From an uncultured Conexibacteraceae bacterium (lineage in GTDB: Bacteria > Actinomycetota > Thermoleophilia > Solirubrobacterales > Solirubrobacteraceae), in contig OY970159.1 in the NCBI GenBank assembly GCA_963706415.1, forward strand, positions 3,540,895 through 3,604,894: a stretch of 64,000 nucleotides of DNA. Direction: 5' to 3'. Under the pieces are notes generated by a model. The model saw only the letters and a list, made by a program, of their open reading frames with translations. It ran no database searches and had not been told where the DNA came from. A program made the translations under genes and the position numbers. This document shows positions 1 to 9,005 of this stretch, piece after piece. The stretch's first letter is position 1. Every line of letters begins with the position of its first letter.

Positions 1-97
1 CCCGTTTGAGGTCATAGGGCGTCGCTTCTGCGGGTGCGGTCGCGTCGAGCAGCCCGAGCACGATGTAGGAGGTCGGTGTCAGCTTCAGGTCTTGCAA
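1..97 (-). CDS. PadR-family transcriptional regulator, 5-prime fragment (gene continues past the left window edge)
   Basis: Own minus-strand translation from TTG at 95-97 gives (M)QDLKLTPTSYIVLGLLDATAPAEATPYDLKR. This is the typical PadR winged-helix N-terminus (TPTSY.VLGLL...TPYDL). It is absent from the ORF track because it is truncated. The start codon is uncertain. Confidence 0.5.
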   Translation of the reverse strand, partial: MQDLKLTPTSYIVLGLLDATAPAEATPYDLKR

Positions 98-127
98 TAG
101 TCTCTTTCGGACGGTACGGTTAGCACC

Positions 128-1549
128 ATGGCCATCGTATCCGGGACCAAGGCGTACCATACGCTCGGCTTCGCCGACCAGACCGAGGAGGTGCGCGTCG
201 ATGCGCTGCCCGTCTCGGGTGAGGTTCCGGCCTGGCTGCGCGGTGGCCTCGTGCGCGTCACGCCCGCGCAGATGGACTTCGAGCGGCGCTCGGTCTCGCA
301 CTGGTTCGACGGCATGGCGATGCTCAACCGCTTCGGCTTCGCCGGCGACGGCTCGGTCTCCTACGCCAGCCGCTTTCTGGACACCGACGCGCGCAAGGCC
401 GCCTTGGCCTCCGGCGGCGCGGCCATCTCGGGCTTTGCCACCGACCCGTGTCGCTCGCTCTTCCAGCGCGTGCAGTCGCTCTTCTCCCCCGAGCTGACCG
501 ACAACGCCAACGTCAACCTCACGCGCCTGGGCGACGAGTACCTCGCGATGACCGAGACGCCGATCCCGGTGCGCTTCGACGCCGAGACGCTGGCGACCAT
601 CGGCCACGACGAGGGCCAGAAGCAGTTCGGGCAGATCACCACCGCCCACCCCCACCACGACGCTCAGCGCGGCGAGCTCGTCAACTTCGCCGCCCAGCTC
701 GGCGCCAAGAGCGAGTACCGCATTTACGCCCGCAGCTCGACGACCGAAGGCCGCACGCTGGCGACGATGCCCGTCCGCGAGCCGTCCTACATGCACTCCT
801 TCGCGATCACGCCGCGCTACGCGCTACTGCTGGAGAACCCGCTGGTGGTCAACCCGCTGCGGCTCGCGTTCAGCGGCAAGGCGTTCATCCACAACTACCG
901 CTGGAAGCCCGAGCTGGGCGTCCGCATCCATGCCTTCGACCGCGAGACCGGCACGCTGCACCGCACGTGGACGACCGACCCGTTCTTCGTGTTCCACACC
1001 ATCAACGCGTTCGAGGACGGCGACGACATCGTCATCGACCTCTGCGCCCACGAGGACGCGTCGATCATCGAGCTGCTGGAGCTCGACAAGCTGCGCGCCG
1101 GCTCAGGCCACGCCGTGCTCGGCGCCCGACCGCTGCGGCTGACGCTGGCGGCAGGCAGCGGCGTGGCGAGCACGCGCGAGCTGGCCGACGTCGACCTCGA
1201 GCTGCCGCGGATCGCCTACCGCTCGCACAACGGCCTGCCCTATAGCTTCGTCTACGGCGCGAGCGCGGGCGACGCGCCGTTCCTCAAGCGGTTGGTGAAG
1301 ATCGACGTCGACGACGGCTCGCACACCGTCTGGGACGAGCCGAACACCTGGGCCGGCGAGCCGGTCTTCGTACCGCGGGTCGGTGCCAGCGCCGAGGACG
1401 ACGGCATTGTGCTCTCGGTCGTCCTGGACGCCGGCACGGGCTCCTCGTTCCTGCTGATGCTGGACGCGGGGACGTTCGAGGAGATCGCTCGCGCCCAGGC
1501 GCCACAGCGCGTGCCCTTCGGGTTCCACGGGCAGTTCTTCAGCGCGTAG
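128..1549 (+). CDS. carotenoid cleavage oxygenase family protein (RPE65 / lignostilbene dioxygenase-like)
   Basis: 473-aa ORF with the four conserved iron-ligand His contexts TAHPHHD, MHSFAITP, VFHTINAFED and FGFHGQFF. Confidence 0.9.
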   Translation: MAIVSGTKAYHTLGFADQTEEVRVDALPVSGEVPAWLRGGLVRVTPAQMDFERRSVSHWFDGMAMLNRFGFAGDGSVSYASRFLDTDARKAALASGGAAISGFATDPCRSLFQRVQSLFSPELTDNANVNLTRLGDEYLAMTETPIPVRFDAETLATIGHDEGQKQFGQITTAHPHHDAQRGELVNFAAQLGAKSEYRIYARSSTTEGRTLATMPVREPSYMHSFAITPRYALLLENPLVVNPLRLAFSGKAFIHNYRWKPELGVRIHAFDRETGTLHRTWTTDPFFVFHTINAFEDGDDIVIDLCAHEDASIIELLELDKLRAGSGHAVLGARPLRLTLAAGSGVASTRELADVDLELPRIAYRSHNGLPYSFVYGASAGDAPFLKRLVKIDVDDGSHTVWDEPNTWAGEPVFVPRVGASAEDDGIVLSVVLDAGTGSSFLLMLDAGTFEEIARAQAPQRVPFGFHGQFFSA

Positions 1550-1566
1550 CGCTCCGCACCACCGCT

Positions 1567-2412
1567 TCAGACGTCGGCCAGCTCCGACACCTGCTCGGCC
1601 TGTGCCAGGAAGTCCTCCGCCTTGGCCGTCATCCGGACCAACCCATAGGCATCCAGCACGGCCCGTGACAGCTCGGTCGCGCCCGCGGCGCGCAGGCGGC
1701 GCATCAGCTCGGCGACCTCGCGCAGCGGCACCTCGTCCAGCGCGCGCGGCCCCAGCTCGCGCACCCGGACCTCGGCGGTGCCCGCCGGCCGCAGGACCTC
1801 CGAGCCCTCCTCCATCTCGATCGCGCCCGCCGCCTTGAGCCGGAAGGTCGCGCCCGAGAGCGGCGCGCGGGCGATCGAGGTCAGCGCCTTGCCGCCGCTG
1901 GCCTTCACGTAAAGGCGGTAGGCGCGCTCGGCCAGGATCGGGCCCTCGGCGTCCACGATCTCCAGCAGGACCGGGCCGATCGCCTCGCGGCCGGCCGTGC
2001 GCGGGTCGGGCACCGCGTGTGCCGGCCAGGCCGTGTAGGGCTCCAAGTCGACCGTGGCCGCGCCCTTGCGCGCAGCGCCGCCGGCGACCGGGAAGAGCCC
2101 GGAGACGTGGCGCAGGATCCGCTCGCCGCGCGTCAGGATCGTCCCGTAAGCGCGGTGCTCCTCGTCGCCCTGCTCGATGACCGCCTGGTAGCTGACGAGG
2201 TCCTCAGTATCAGCGACCTGCAGCAGCTCCTTGAAGCGCGGGCGCGCGGCGAGGTAGGCGCCGTAGTGCTCACGCAGCGCGTCCTTGCCGCGCACGACGC
2301 GATCGAAGCGCAGCAGGACCGCGTCCTCGTGGTACTGGCCCAGCAACCCCTCCAGGTCGCCGGCCTCGGTCAGGCGCACGTGACGGTCGAACAGCTCGCG
2401 GGGCGTGGGCAT
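1567..2412 (-). CDS. NTF2/SnoaL-like domain fused to a DUF3320-like C-terminal domain
   Basis: ORF 1567..2487 trimmed to ATG at 2412 (MPTPRELFDRHV...), 8 nt after the stop of the upstream HD gene. The N-terminal ~120 aa look SnoaL/NTF2-like. The C-terminal half (EGPILAERAYRLYVKASGGKALTSIARAPL...VPLREVAELMRRL...LSRAVLDAYGLVRMTAKAEDFL) resembles the DUF3320 tail of large helicase-like proteins. Confidence 0.7.
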   Translation of the reverse strand: MPTPRELFDRHVRLTEAGDLEGLLGQYHEDAVLLRFDRVVRGKDALREHYGAYLAARPRFKELLQVADTEDLVSYQAVIEQGDEEHRAYGTILTRGERILRHVSGLFPVAGGAARKGAATVDLEPYTAWPAHAVPDPRTAGREAIGPVLLEIVDAEGPILAERAYRLYVKASGGKALTSIARAPLSGATFRLKAAGAIEMEEGSEVLRPAGTAEVRVRELGPRALDEVPLREVAELMRRLRAAGATELSRAVLDAYGLVRMTAKAEDFLAQAEQVSELADV

Positions 2413-2419
2413 CGGTTTC

Positions 2420-3253
2420 CTAGATGCGGAAGACGGGGACGAGCCGCTGCTCGTGCTCGGCGTCGATCCGGGCGACCACTTCAACATGCTCGGCCAGCGG
2501 CGTGCCGCGCAGCTTGGTGCCCAGGCCCTCGTCGACCTGGTAGATCCCGGCGCTGTTGGACATCTCGATCTCGATCCGCACCGCCTTCTCCTGGCCGGGC
2601 AGGATCTTCACCGACTCGATCGCCTTGGACGACACCGAGTGGATGTTGGGCAGCAGCTTGTCGGCGCGCGAGCGGCCCTTGGCCATGTCGAGCGCGTCGG
2701 CGACACGCAGGATCGCGCCCTCGATCGTGAACGGCGCGCCCTTGGAGCGATGGCTGATGATCGCGTGGGATGCCTCGGCGACGATGATCGAGCGGGTCGG
2801 CTCGTCGTAGATCGGCTCCAGCAGCTTGGGCAGCTTGTCGGCGGTCAAGAAGAGCGAGAACTGCTCGTGGTCGGCGCGGTGGATCGACATGCCGACGCAG
2901 TGAAAGAGCGCGGCGGCGGCGATCACGACCTCGGCGTCGCGCTCGGTCAGGCCGTGGTCGGCGACCACCGACGAGACGACGCCGCGACGGAACAGCAGGC
3001 GCGCGAGGCGCAGCCCGATGTTGGTGACGATCTGGATGTGAACCCACGAGTGGTCTGACATCTCCAGGCGCTCGGCGTTGATCGCCGCGGCATGCCACCA
3101 GGCCTTGAGCTGGACGTCGGCGTTGACGGCGTCGATCAGGCGGTCGAGCTTGCGGTTGCCGCGCGCAGGCACGCGGATGGTCGCGGCGGCGACCCGCTCC
3201 TCCAGGGTCTGGGGCGTCTCCTCGTCACGCTGAGGCGTCTCCTCGCCGCTCAC
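2420..3253 (-). CDS. HD-domain metal-dependent phosphohydrolase
   Basis: 277-aa ORF with HSWVH...ALFHCVGMSIHRADHE...RVADALD (HD motif). The GTG start overlaps the upstream stop (GTGA). Confidence 0.8.
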   Translation of the reverse strand: MSGEETPQRDEETPQTLEERVAAATIRVPARGNRKLDRLIDAVNADVQLKAWWHAAAINAERLEMSDHSWVHIQIVTNIGLRLARLLFRRGVVSSVVADHGLTERDAEVVIAAAALFHCVGMSIHRADHEQFSLFLTADKLPKLLEPIYDEPTRSIIVAEASHAIISHRSKGAPFTIEGAILRVADALDMAKGRSRADKLLPNIHSVSSKAIESVKILPGQEKAVRIEIEMSNSAGIYQVDEGLGTKLRGTPLAEHVEVVARIDAEHEQRLVPVFRI

Positions 3254-4122
3254 CTGCCCGACCCTAGCGCGGCACGCACCTTGGCCACGACCGCGGCCGC
3301 CCCGTCACCGCGGTCGACGCGGATGCGCGGCAGCGCGTAGCGGTCCGCCGTGGCGCGCGCCACGCCCTGCTCCACGGTCGTCGCGGCGCGGTAGCCGGCA
3401 GCCCGGACCGCCGCCTCGGCGACCGCGTCGTAGCGCCCGGCCGGGTAGCAGAAGGCGTTGACCGGGACGCCGAAGCGCTGCTGGATCGCGGTGCGCGAGC
3501 CGGCGATCTCGCGGCGCAGCGCGGCCGCGCCGAGCGTCGTGAGGTCCGGATGGGTCAGCGAGTGCGCGTCGATCTCCCAGCCGTCGGCGATCATCGTCTT
3601 GACGCGACCCGTCGTCAGCCCGCCGGGCGTATCGAGGTTGTGCAGGGCGAGGTTCAGGACGCCGGGCCAGCCCTGCTCGCGCAGGATCGCGCCCGCCTCC
3701 TTGCCCTGGCTGAGGTAGCCGTCGTCGAAGCTCAGGACGACCGGATGGGGCGGCAGCGTGTCCTTGCCGGCCCAGCCGTCGAGGACGGCGTCGAGCGTGA
3801 CGCCGTGAAAGCCCGCCTTCGCGAGCGCCGCGACCTGGGCCCGCAGGGCCGTCGGCGAGACCCAGAGGCCGGCGTAGGTCGCGCCGGGCGGCGCCGGGGC
3901 GATGACGTGGTACATCAGCACCGGCACGGGGGCACGGGAATGGCCGAGGTGCTGCAGCTCGGGCTCGGAGACGCCGTTGCCGCCTGTGGGCGCCGGGCCG
4001 TTGAACGCCTGCTGTGCCGAGGTGGTCGTGTCGGTCGCCGGCCGTGATGGCGAGGACGACCCGCAGCCGCAGAGCACGACGACCATGACCATCATCAACG
4101 ACAGGGGCGCGCGACACGGCAC
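3250..4122 (-). CDS. polysaccharide deacetylase (CE4/NodB family), probable lipoprotein
   Basis: N-terminal hydrophobic signal ending in LCGCGSS. NodB motif VLSFDDGY. Further elements: HSLTHPDL, CYPAGRYD. Confidence 0.85.
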   Translation of the reverse strand: MPCRAPLSLMMVMVVVLCGCGSSSPSRPATDTTTSAQQAFNGPAPTGGNGVSEPELQHLGHSRAPVPVLMYHVIAPAPPGATYAGLWVSPTALRAQVAALAKAGFHGVTLDAVLDGWAGKDTLPPHPVVLSFDDGYLSQGKEAGAILREQGWPGVLNLALHNLDTPGGLTTGRVKTMIADGWEIDAHSLTHPDLTTLGAAALRREIAGSRTAIQQRFGVPVNAFCYPAGRYDAVAEAAVRAAGYRAATTVEQGVARATADRYALPRIRVDRGDGAAAVVAKVRAALGSGR

Positions 4123-4148
4123 GCCCAGAACCTAGCGCCGGCAGCCGA

Positions 4149-6320
4149 TCAGGACGTGCTCGCCGGGTCGCGCTCCGCGGCCCGTGCGGTGTGGCCGAGC
4201 ATCAGCTCGCGCTGCAGGTCGCGCGGCTCAGGATTGCTCGGGTCGCGCGGACGGCGGATCCACTCGCCGTCGGGCTGCAGCTCCCACGCGTGCGTGTCGT
4301 CGGCAAACGCCCGCTCCAGCGTGTCCAGCAGGTCGTCACGCAGGATCGGATCCTGCACCGGCGTGACGAGCTCGACGCGCGTGTCGAGGTTGCGCGGCAT
4401 CAGGTCGGCCGAGCCGATGAAGACGAGATGCTCGTCGCCGCGCTGGAAGGTGTAGACCCGCGAGTGCTCGAGGAAGCGACCCACGATCGACACCACGCGG
4501 ATGTTCTCGCTGACGCCCTCGACGCCCGGCACGAGGCAGCAGATCCCGCGGATGTTGAGCTCGACCGGGACGCCCGCCTGCGAGGCGCGGTACAGCGCCT
4601 TGATGCAGGTCCGGTCGACCAAGGAGTTCAACTTCATCTGGATGCGCGCCGGCTGCCCGGCGTTGTGGGCCTCGATCGTCTGCTCGATCTCGTGCACGAT
4701 GCCGTCGCGCAGGTGGTCGGGCGCGATCAGCGCCTTGCGGTAGCGTCGCGGCCGCGCGTAGCCCGTCAGGAAGTTGAACATGTCGGCGACGTCGGAGCCG
4801 AGGCGCTCGTCGGTCGTGAACAGGCCGAAGTCGGTGTACAGCCGCGCCGTCTTGGGGTGGTAGTTGCCGGTGCCGATGTGCAGGTAGTGGCGCACGCCGT
4901 CGCCCTCGCGGCGGACGACGAGGATGCACTTGGCGTGGGTCTTGAGCGCGGGATGGCCGTAGACGACGTGGACGCCCGTCTCCTCCAGCTTGCGCGCCCA
5001 CTCGATGTTGGCCCGCTCGTCGAAGCGCGCCTTGAGCTCCACCAGGCAGACCGCCTGCTTGCCGCGCTCGGTCGCGCGGATCAGCGCGGGTATCAGCGGC
5101 GTGTCGTCGGAGGTCCGGTAGATCGTGAGCTTGATCGCCAGCACGTCGGGGTCGTTGGCGGCCTGCTCGACGAAGCGCCCGACGGAGGTCGAGAACGAGT
5201 CGTAGGGGTGGTGGACGAGGATGTCGCCCACGCGCATCGCGGCGAACATGTCGACCTTGGCGTGGTGCTCCTCGGGCCGCAGGCGCGGCTGGGTCACCGA
5301 CTGCCACGGCGGATCGCGCAGGTCGTCGAAGCCCTTGAGCCCCACGATCTGCCAGAGGTCGGTGAGGTCGAGCAGGTCGTGGACCTCGTAGACCTGACGG
5401 TCCTCGACCTCCAGCGCGTCGGTCAGCGCCTCGCGCAGGCCGGTGGCCATGCCCGCGCCGATCTCGACGCGCACGACCTCGCCGAAGCGCCGGCGGCGCA
5501 GCTCGTCCTCGACGGCGGTCAGCAGGTCGTCGGCCTCGTCGGAGATCTCGAAGTCCGCGTCGCGCGTCACGCGGAAGACGCCGTGCTCGATGACCTCCAT
5601 CCCGGGGAAGAGCGCCTCGAGGTTGGCGGCGATCAGCTCCTCCATCGGCACGAACGTCGTCGGCTCGTCCTCCAGCGCGACGAAGCGCGGCAGCATCTCC
5701 TTCGGGACCTTGACGCGCGCGAAGGTGACCAGGCCGGAGACCGGGTCGCGCACGAGCACCGCGAGGCTCAGCGAGAGGTTGGAGATGTAGGGGAACGGCC
5801 GGCCGAGGCCGACGGCCAGCGGCGTGAGGACCGGGAAGATCTGGCGGCGGAAGCGATGATCCAACGCCCGCCGCGCGTCGCTGGAGACGTCGTCGATCCC
5901 GACCAGCCGGATGTCGTGCTCGGCCAGCGACGGGCGCAGGTCGTGCGAGAGCGTCCGGCACTGGCGCTCCGAGAGCGCCAGGACCTTCTCGCGGATCGCG
6001 TCGATCGTCTCCGACGGCGTGCGGCCGTCGAGCTTGGGCGCCGTGATGCCCGCGTCGACCTGGTCGTGCAGGCCGGCGACGCGGATCATGAAGAACTCGT
6101 CGAGGTTGGATCCGAAGATCGCGGCGAACTTGCAGCGCTCCAGCAGCGGCTGGTCGGCGTCCTCGGCGAGCTGCAGGACGCGATCGTCGAAGTCGACCCA
6201 CGACAGCTCTCGATTGATGTACAGCTCGGGCGCATCGAGATCCGATGGCTGCGGCGCCGGCCGTGCCACGGCATCCACGGCGCGGATGGACTCTTGCGTG
6301 AGCTGAGGGTCTGGGTTCAT
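4149..6320 (-). CDS. ppk: polyphosphate kinase 1
   Basis: 723-aa ORF with full-length PPK1 pattern: FINRELSW-type N-terminus (YINRELSWVDFDDRVL), KFAAIFGSNLDEFFMIRV, and the two PLD-like C-terminal domains (LKTHAKCILVVRRE). Confidence 0.95.
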   Translation of the reverse strand: MNPDPQLTQESIRAVDAVARPAPQPSDLDAPELYINRELSWVDFDDRVLQLAEDADQPLLERCKFAAIFGSNLDEFFMIRVAGLHDQVDAGITAPKLDGRTPSETIDAIREKVLALSERQCRTLSHDLRPSLAEHDIRLVGIDDVSSDARRALDHRFRRQIFPVLTPLAVGLGRPFPYISNLSLSLAVLVRDPVSGLVTFARVKVPKEMLPRFVALEDEPTTFVPMEELIAANLEALFPGMEVIEHGVFRVTRDADFEISDEADDLLTAVEDELRRRRFGEVVRVEIGAGMATGLREALTDALEVEDRQVYEVHDLLDLTDLWQIVGLKGFDDLRDPPWQSVTQPRLRPEEHHAKVDMFAAMRVGDILVHHPYDSFSTSVGRFVEQAANDPDVLAIKLTIYRTSDDTPLIPALIRATERGKQAVCLVELKARFDERANIEWARKLEETGVHVVYGHPALKTHAKCILVVRREGDGVRHYLHIGTGNYHPKTARLYTDFGLFTTDERLGSDVADMFNFLTGYARPRRYRKALIAPDHLRDGIVHEIEQTIEAHNAGQPARIQMKLNSLVDRTCIKALYRASQAGVPVELNIRGICCLVPGVEGVSENIRVVSIVGRFLEHSRVYTFQRGDEHLVFIGSADLMPRNLDTRVELVTPVQDPILRDDLLDTLERAFADDTHAWELQPDGEWIRRPRDPSNPEPRDLQRELMLGHTARAAERDPASTS

Positions 6321-6331
6321 GCGGGCGGCTG

Positions 6332-6370
6332 CGACGGTAGGCGGCCGACGATGCCCGGCCGTTACCGTCG
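6332..6370 (-). promoter_or_regulatory. interrupted 14-bp stem-loop in the ppx-ppk intercistronic spacer
   Basis: cgacggta-gg-cggccg / 8-nt loop / cggccg-t-taccgtcg. It lies between the ppx stop (6399) and the ppk start (6320). Confidence 0.35.
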
Positions 6371-6398
6371 TGTGAACACGATGTGATCGTCTGGAGCC

Positions 6399-7310
6399 TT
6401 AGGTGTACCCCACCTGGGCCAGCAGGTCGAGGATCACGCCCTCACGGAGGCCACCACAGCCGACGTGCAACGGGCATTGCGCGGCGCGAGCGACCTCCGC
6501 CAGCAGGAGCAGGCCCGCCGGCAGCAGGCGGACGCGCTCGACGTGGAGCCCGAGATCGAACGCTGCGCGCTCGGCGGGGCTCGCGACGGTGCGCGCGAGG
6601 GCGTCGTCGAACGCCGCGGCCGTGAGCCGTGGACCGCACAGGCGCCGCAGCGAGGTCGCGCTGCCCCCAACGGCCCACGCGACGTCAGCCGCCGGACACC
6701 CGGCGGCGGCGATCGCGGCTGCGGCCTCGACGCGCGCGGCGTCCAGCTCAGCGGCGGTCGGAGGATCGCCGTGGAGATGCGTCTCGGCCAGCGCGCTGGA
6801 GCCGATCGGCAGCGACGCCCACCACGTGGGGGTGCCGCCGGGCACGCCCCAGGCCAGCTCGGTCGAGCCGCCGCCGACATCGGCCACCAGGACGCTGCCG
6901 ACGCCGTCGACCGCCAGCGACGCGGTCGCGCCCGAGAAGGCCAGCCGGGCCTCCTCCTCCCCGCTGAGGATCTCGACCGGAACGCCGGCGGCGGCGCCGA
7001 GGCGGGCGATGAGGGCGTCGTGGTCGGGTGCGTCGCGCAGCGCGGCGGTGGCGACGACGCGCAGCGCCACGATGCCCCCGGCGCGCGCTGCCGCGGCCTG
7101 CTCGGCGACGGCGTCGGCGATCGCCTGCGCCTTCTCCGGCGGGATGCCGCTGCTGCGCTCGGCGGTGGTCAGCCGCACGAACGTCCGGTGGGCGGCGACC
7201 TCCACGAGCGCTCCTGGGCGCTGCGGATCGGGCTCGGCGACGAGCAGCCGGGTGGTGTTGGAGCCGATGTCGATGCAGGCTGCGCGCGGCAAGGAGAGAG
7301 AGCTTGTCAT
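6399..7310 (-). CDS. ppx: exopolyphosphatase (Ppx/GppA family)
   Basis: ORF 6399..7559 trimmed to ATG at 7310 (MTSSLSLPRAACIDIGSNTTRLLVAE). Actin-like ATPase phosphate-binding motifs are present: DIGSNT, DVGGGSTE. Confidence 0.9.
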   Translation of the reverse strand: MTSSLSLPRAACIDIGSNTTRLLVAEPDPQRPGALVEVAAHRTFVRLTTAERSSGIPPEKAQAIADAVAEQAAAARAGGIVALRVVATAALRDAPDHDALIARLGAAAGVPVEILSGEEEARLAFSGATASLAVDGVGSVLVADVGGGSTELAWGVPGGTPTWWASLPIGSSALAETHLHGDPPTAAELDAARVEAAAAIAAAGCPAADVAWAVGGSATSLRRLCGPRLTAAAFDDALARTVASPAERAAFDLGLHVERVRLLPAGLLLLAEVARAAQCPLHVGCGGLREGVILDLLAQVGYT

Positions 7311-7321
7311 GCCGTCGCTGC

Positions 7322-8242
7322 TTGAATGCAGGAGTGGCCGCTCTCGCTCCCGCGATCCTCGTGCGTGATCTGCGCAAGTCCTACGGGCAGTTCGAGGCGG
7401 TGCGGGGCATCGACTTCGAGGTCGAGCCCGGCGAGGTCTTCGGCCTCCTGGGCCCCAACGGCGCCGGCAAGACGACGACCGTCGAGATCCTCGAGGGCTA
7501 CCGGCAGCGCAGCGCGGGCATCGTCTCGGTCCTCGGCCAGGATCCCGAGCGGCGGCCACGCGAGCTGCGCAAGCGGATCGGGATCGTCCTGCAGTCGACG
7601 GGCATGTACCGCCACATCACCGTCCGGGAGGCGCTCGCGCATTGGGCGCGCTTCTACCCGCATCCGCGCGACGTCGACGAGGTCCTGACGCTTGCCGGAC
7701 TGCACGAGAAGGCCGACGCGCTGGCGCGCACGCTCTCCGGCGGCCAGATGCGGCGCCTGGACTTCGGGCTGGCGCTGGTCGGCGACCCGGAGCTGATCTT
7801 CCTCGACGAGCCGACGACGGGCTTTGACCCCGCCGCACGCCGCGCGGCGTGGGACGTCGTGCGCTCGCTGCAGGAGCTCGGCAAGACCGTCCTGCTGACG
7901 ACGCACTACCTCGACGAGGCCCAGGCGCTCTGCGATCGCGTGGCGATCATCAAGGAGGGCCGGATCGTCGCCTCCGGACCCCCGGCCGAGCTCGGCGCCT
8001 CCTCGTCGACCTACACCGTCGCGTGGCGCTCGGCGGAGACCGGCGCGATGGAGTCCCGCGAGACCGAGGATCCGACGGCGCTGCTGCACCAGCTGACGAG
8101 CGCGGCGCTGGCACGTGGCGGCCGGCTCCAGGATCTCTCGGTCACTCGCCCGTCGCTGGAGGACGTCTACCTCGAGCTGACCGCCGAGCCGCCGAGCGAG
8201 AGCGCCGGAGACAGTGCGACGGAGGCCACCGCAAATGTCTGA
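7322..8242 (+). CDS. ABC transporter ATP-binding protein (ABC-2 / DrrA-like exporter)
   Basis: Walker A GPNGAGKTT, signature LSGGQMRR, Walker B LIFLDEPTTG. There is no in-frame ATG near the N-terminus, so TTG 7322 or GTG 7334 is the likely start. Confidence 0.9.
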   Translation: MNAGVAALAPAILVRDLRKSYGQFEAVRGIDFEVEPGEVFGLLGPNGAGKTTTVEILEGYRQRSAGIVSVLGQDPERRPRELRKRIGIVLQSTGMYRHITVREALAHWARFYPHPRDVDEVLTLAGLHEKADALARTLSGGQMRRLDFGLALVGDPELIFLDEPTTGFDPAARRAAWDVVRSLQELGKTVLLTTHYLDEAQALCDRVAIIKEGRIVASGPPAELGASSSTYTVAWRSAETGAMESRETEDPTALLHQLTSAALARGGRLQDLSVTRPSLEDVYLELTAEPPSESAGDSATEATANV

Positions 8243-8987
8243 CGCGCTCGTGCTCGCGTATCACCAGTACCGCCTCGAGCGCCGGATGTTCTGGCGCAAC
8301 CCGAGCGCCGCGTTCTTCAACTTCCTGCTGCCGCTGCTCTTCCTCGCGCTCTTCGGCGCGATCTTCAGCGGCAATCAGGATGACCTGAACGTCCTGATCC
8401 CGGGCATCGCCGGGATGTCGATCATGGCGACGACGTTCTCGTCGCTGACCATGAACCTGACGTTCCTGCGCGAGCAAGGCGTGCTCAAGCGCATGCGTGG
8501 AACGCCGCTGCCCGAGGGCTCCTACCTGCTCGGCGTCTTCGGCAACGCGGTGGCCAACGCGATCATCCAACTGGCCTTGGTGATCGTCGCGGGCAAGCTG
8601 CTGTTCGGCACGGGCTGGCCCAAGGACTGGATCGAGTTGGTGGTCTACGTCGGCGCCGGCGTCGTCTGCCTCGCCGCGCTGGGCGTCGCGTGGTCGCACG
8701 TGATCCCCAACTACGACGCGGCCGCGGCCTACTCCAACATCATCTTCCTGCCGGTGATCTTCATCAGCGGCGTGTTCTACGACGTCAACAACGCGCCGCA
8801 GTTCCTGCTGCATCTCGCGCAGGTGCTGCCGCTGGTGCACATCATCGACGGGCTGTCGGGGGCGCTGGTCAGCGGCCGGTCCTTGGGCGACAACCTCTCG
8901 GGGCTGTGCGTCATCTGCATCTGGACGCTCGTCGGGCTGTTCTTCGCGGTCCGCGGCTTCTCGTGGGAGTCACGGCGGGACGACTGA
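8235..8987 (+). CDS. ABC-2 type transporter permease
   Basis: ORF 8214..8987 trimmed to ATG 8235 (MSDALVLAYHQY), which overlaps the ATPase stop by 8 nt. About 6 hydrophobic helices. Confidence 0.85.
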   Translation: MSDALVLAYHQYRLERRMFWRNPSAAFFNFLLPLLFLALFGAIFSGNQDDLNVLIPGIAGMSIMATTFSSLTMNLTFLREQGVLKRMRGTPLPEGSYLLGVFGNAVANAIIQLALVIVAGKLLFGTGWPKDWIELVVYVGAGVVCLAALGVAWSHVIPNYDAAAAYSNIIFLPVIFISGVFYDVNNAPQFLLHLAQVLPLVHIIDGLSGALVSGRSLGDNLSGLCVICIWTLVGLFFAVRGFSWESRRDD

Positions 8988-9005
8988 GCGGGCCGGAGCG
9001 CCGGG

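Noticed and set aside
4191-6386. Very long alternative-frame or antisense ORFs, for example 4191..6386 +, 20330..22825 +, 25411..27516 -, 28899..30458 -, 38028..39701 -, 44006..45229 -, 49600..51111 -, 53404..55305 +, 55796..58120 +.
   Set aside because: Their translations are Arg/Ala/Gly/Pro/Asp-rich low-complexity text, typical of off-frame reading in very GC-rich DNA. Each is fully overlapped by an ORF with clear family motifs (ppk, ACAD, BVMO, ctaD and others).
6399-7559. Long N-terminal extensions in the ORF track, for example 6399..7559, 11357..12331, 12670..14247, 22710..24344, 35316..36884, 35601..36953, 46901..47890, 55305..56996, 56993..58969, 58384..60018.
   Set aside because: The extensions are Arg/Pro-rich and overlap upstream genes. 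Internal ATG/GTG codons give N-termini that match the family pattern and produce classic 1-4 nt start/stop couplings, so the CDS were trimmed.
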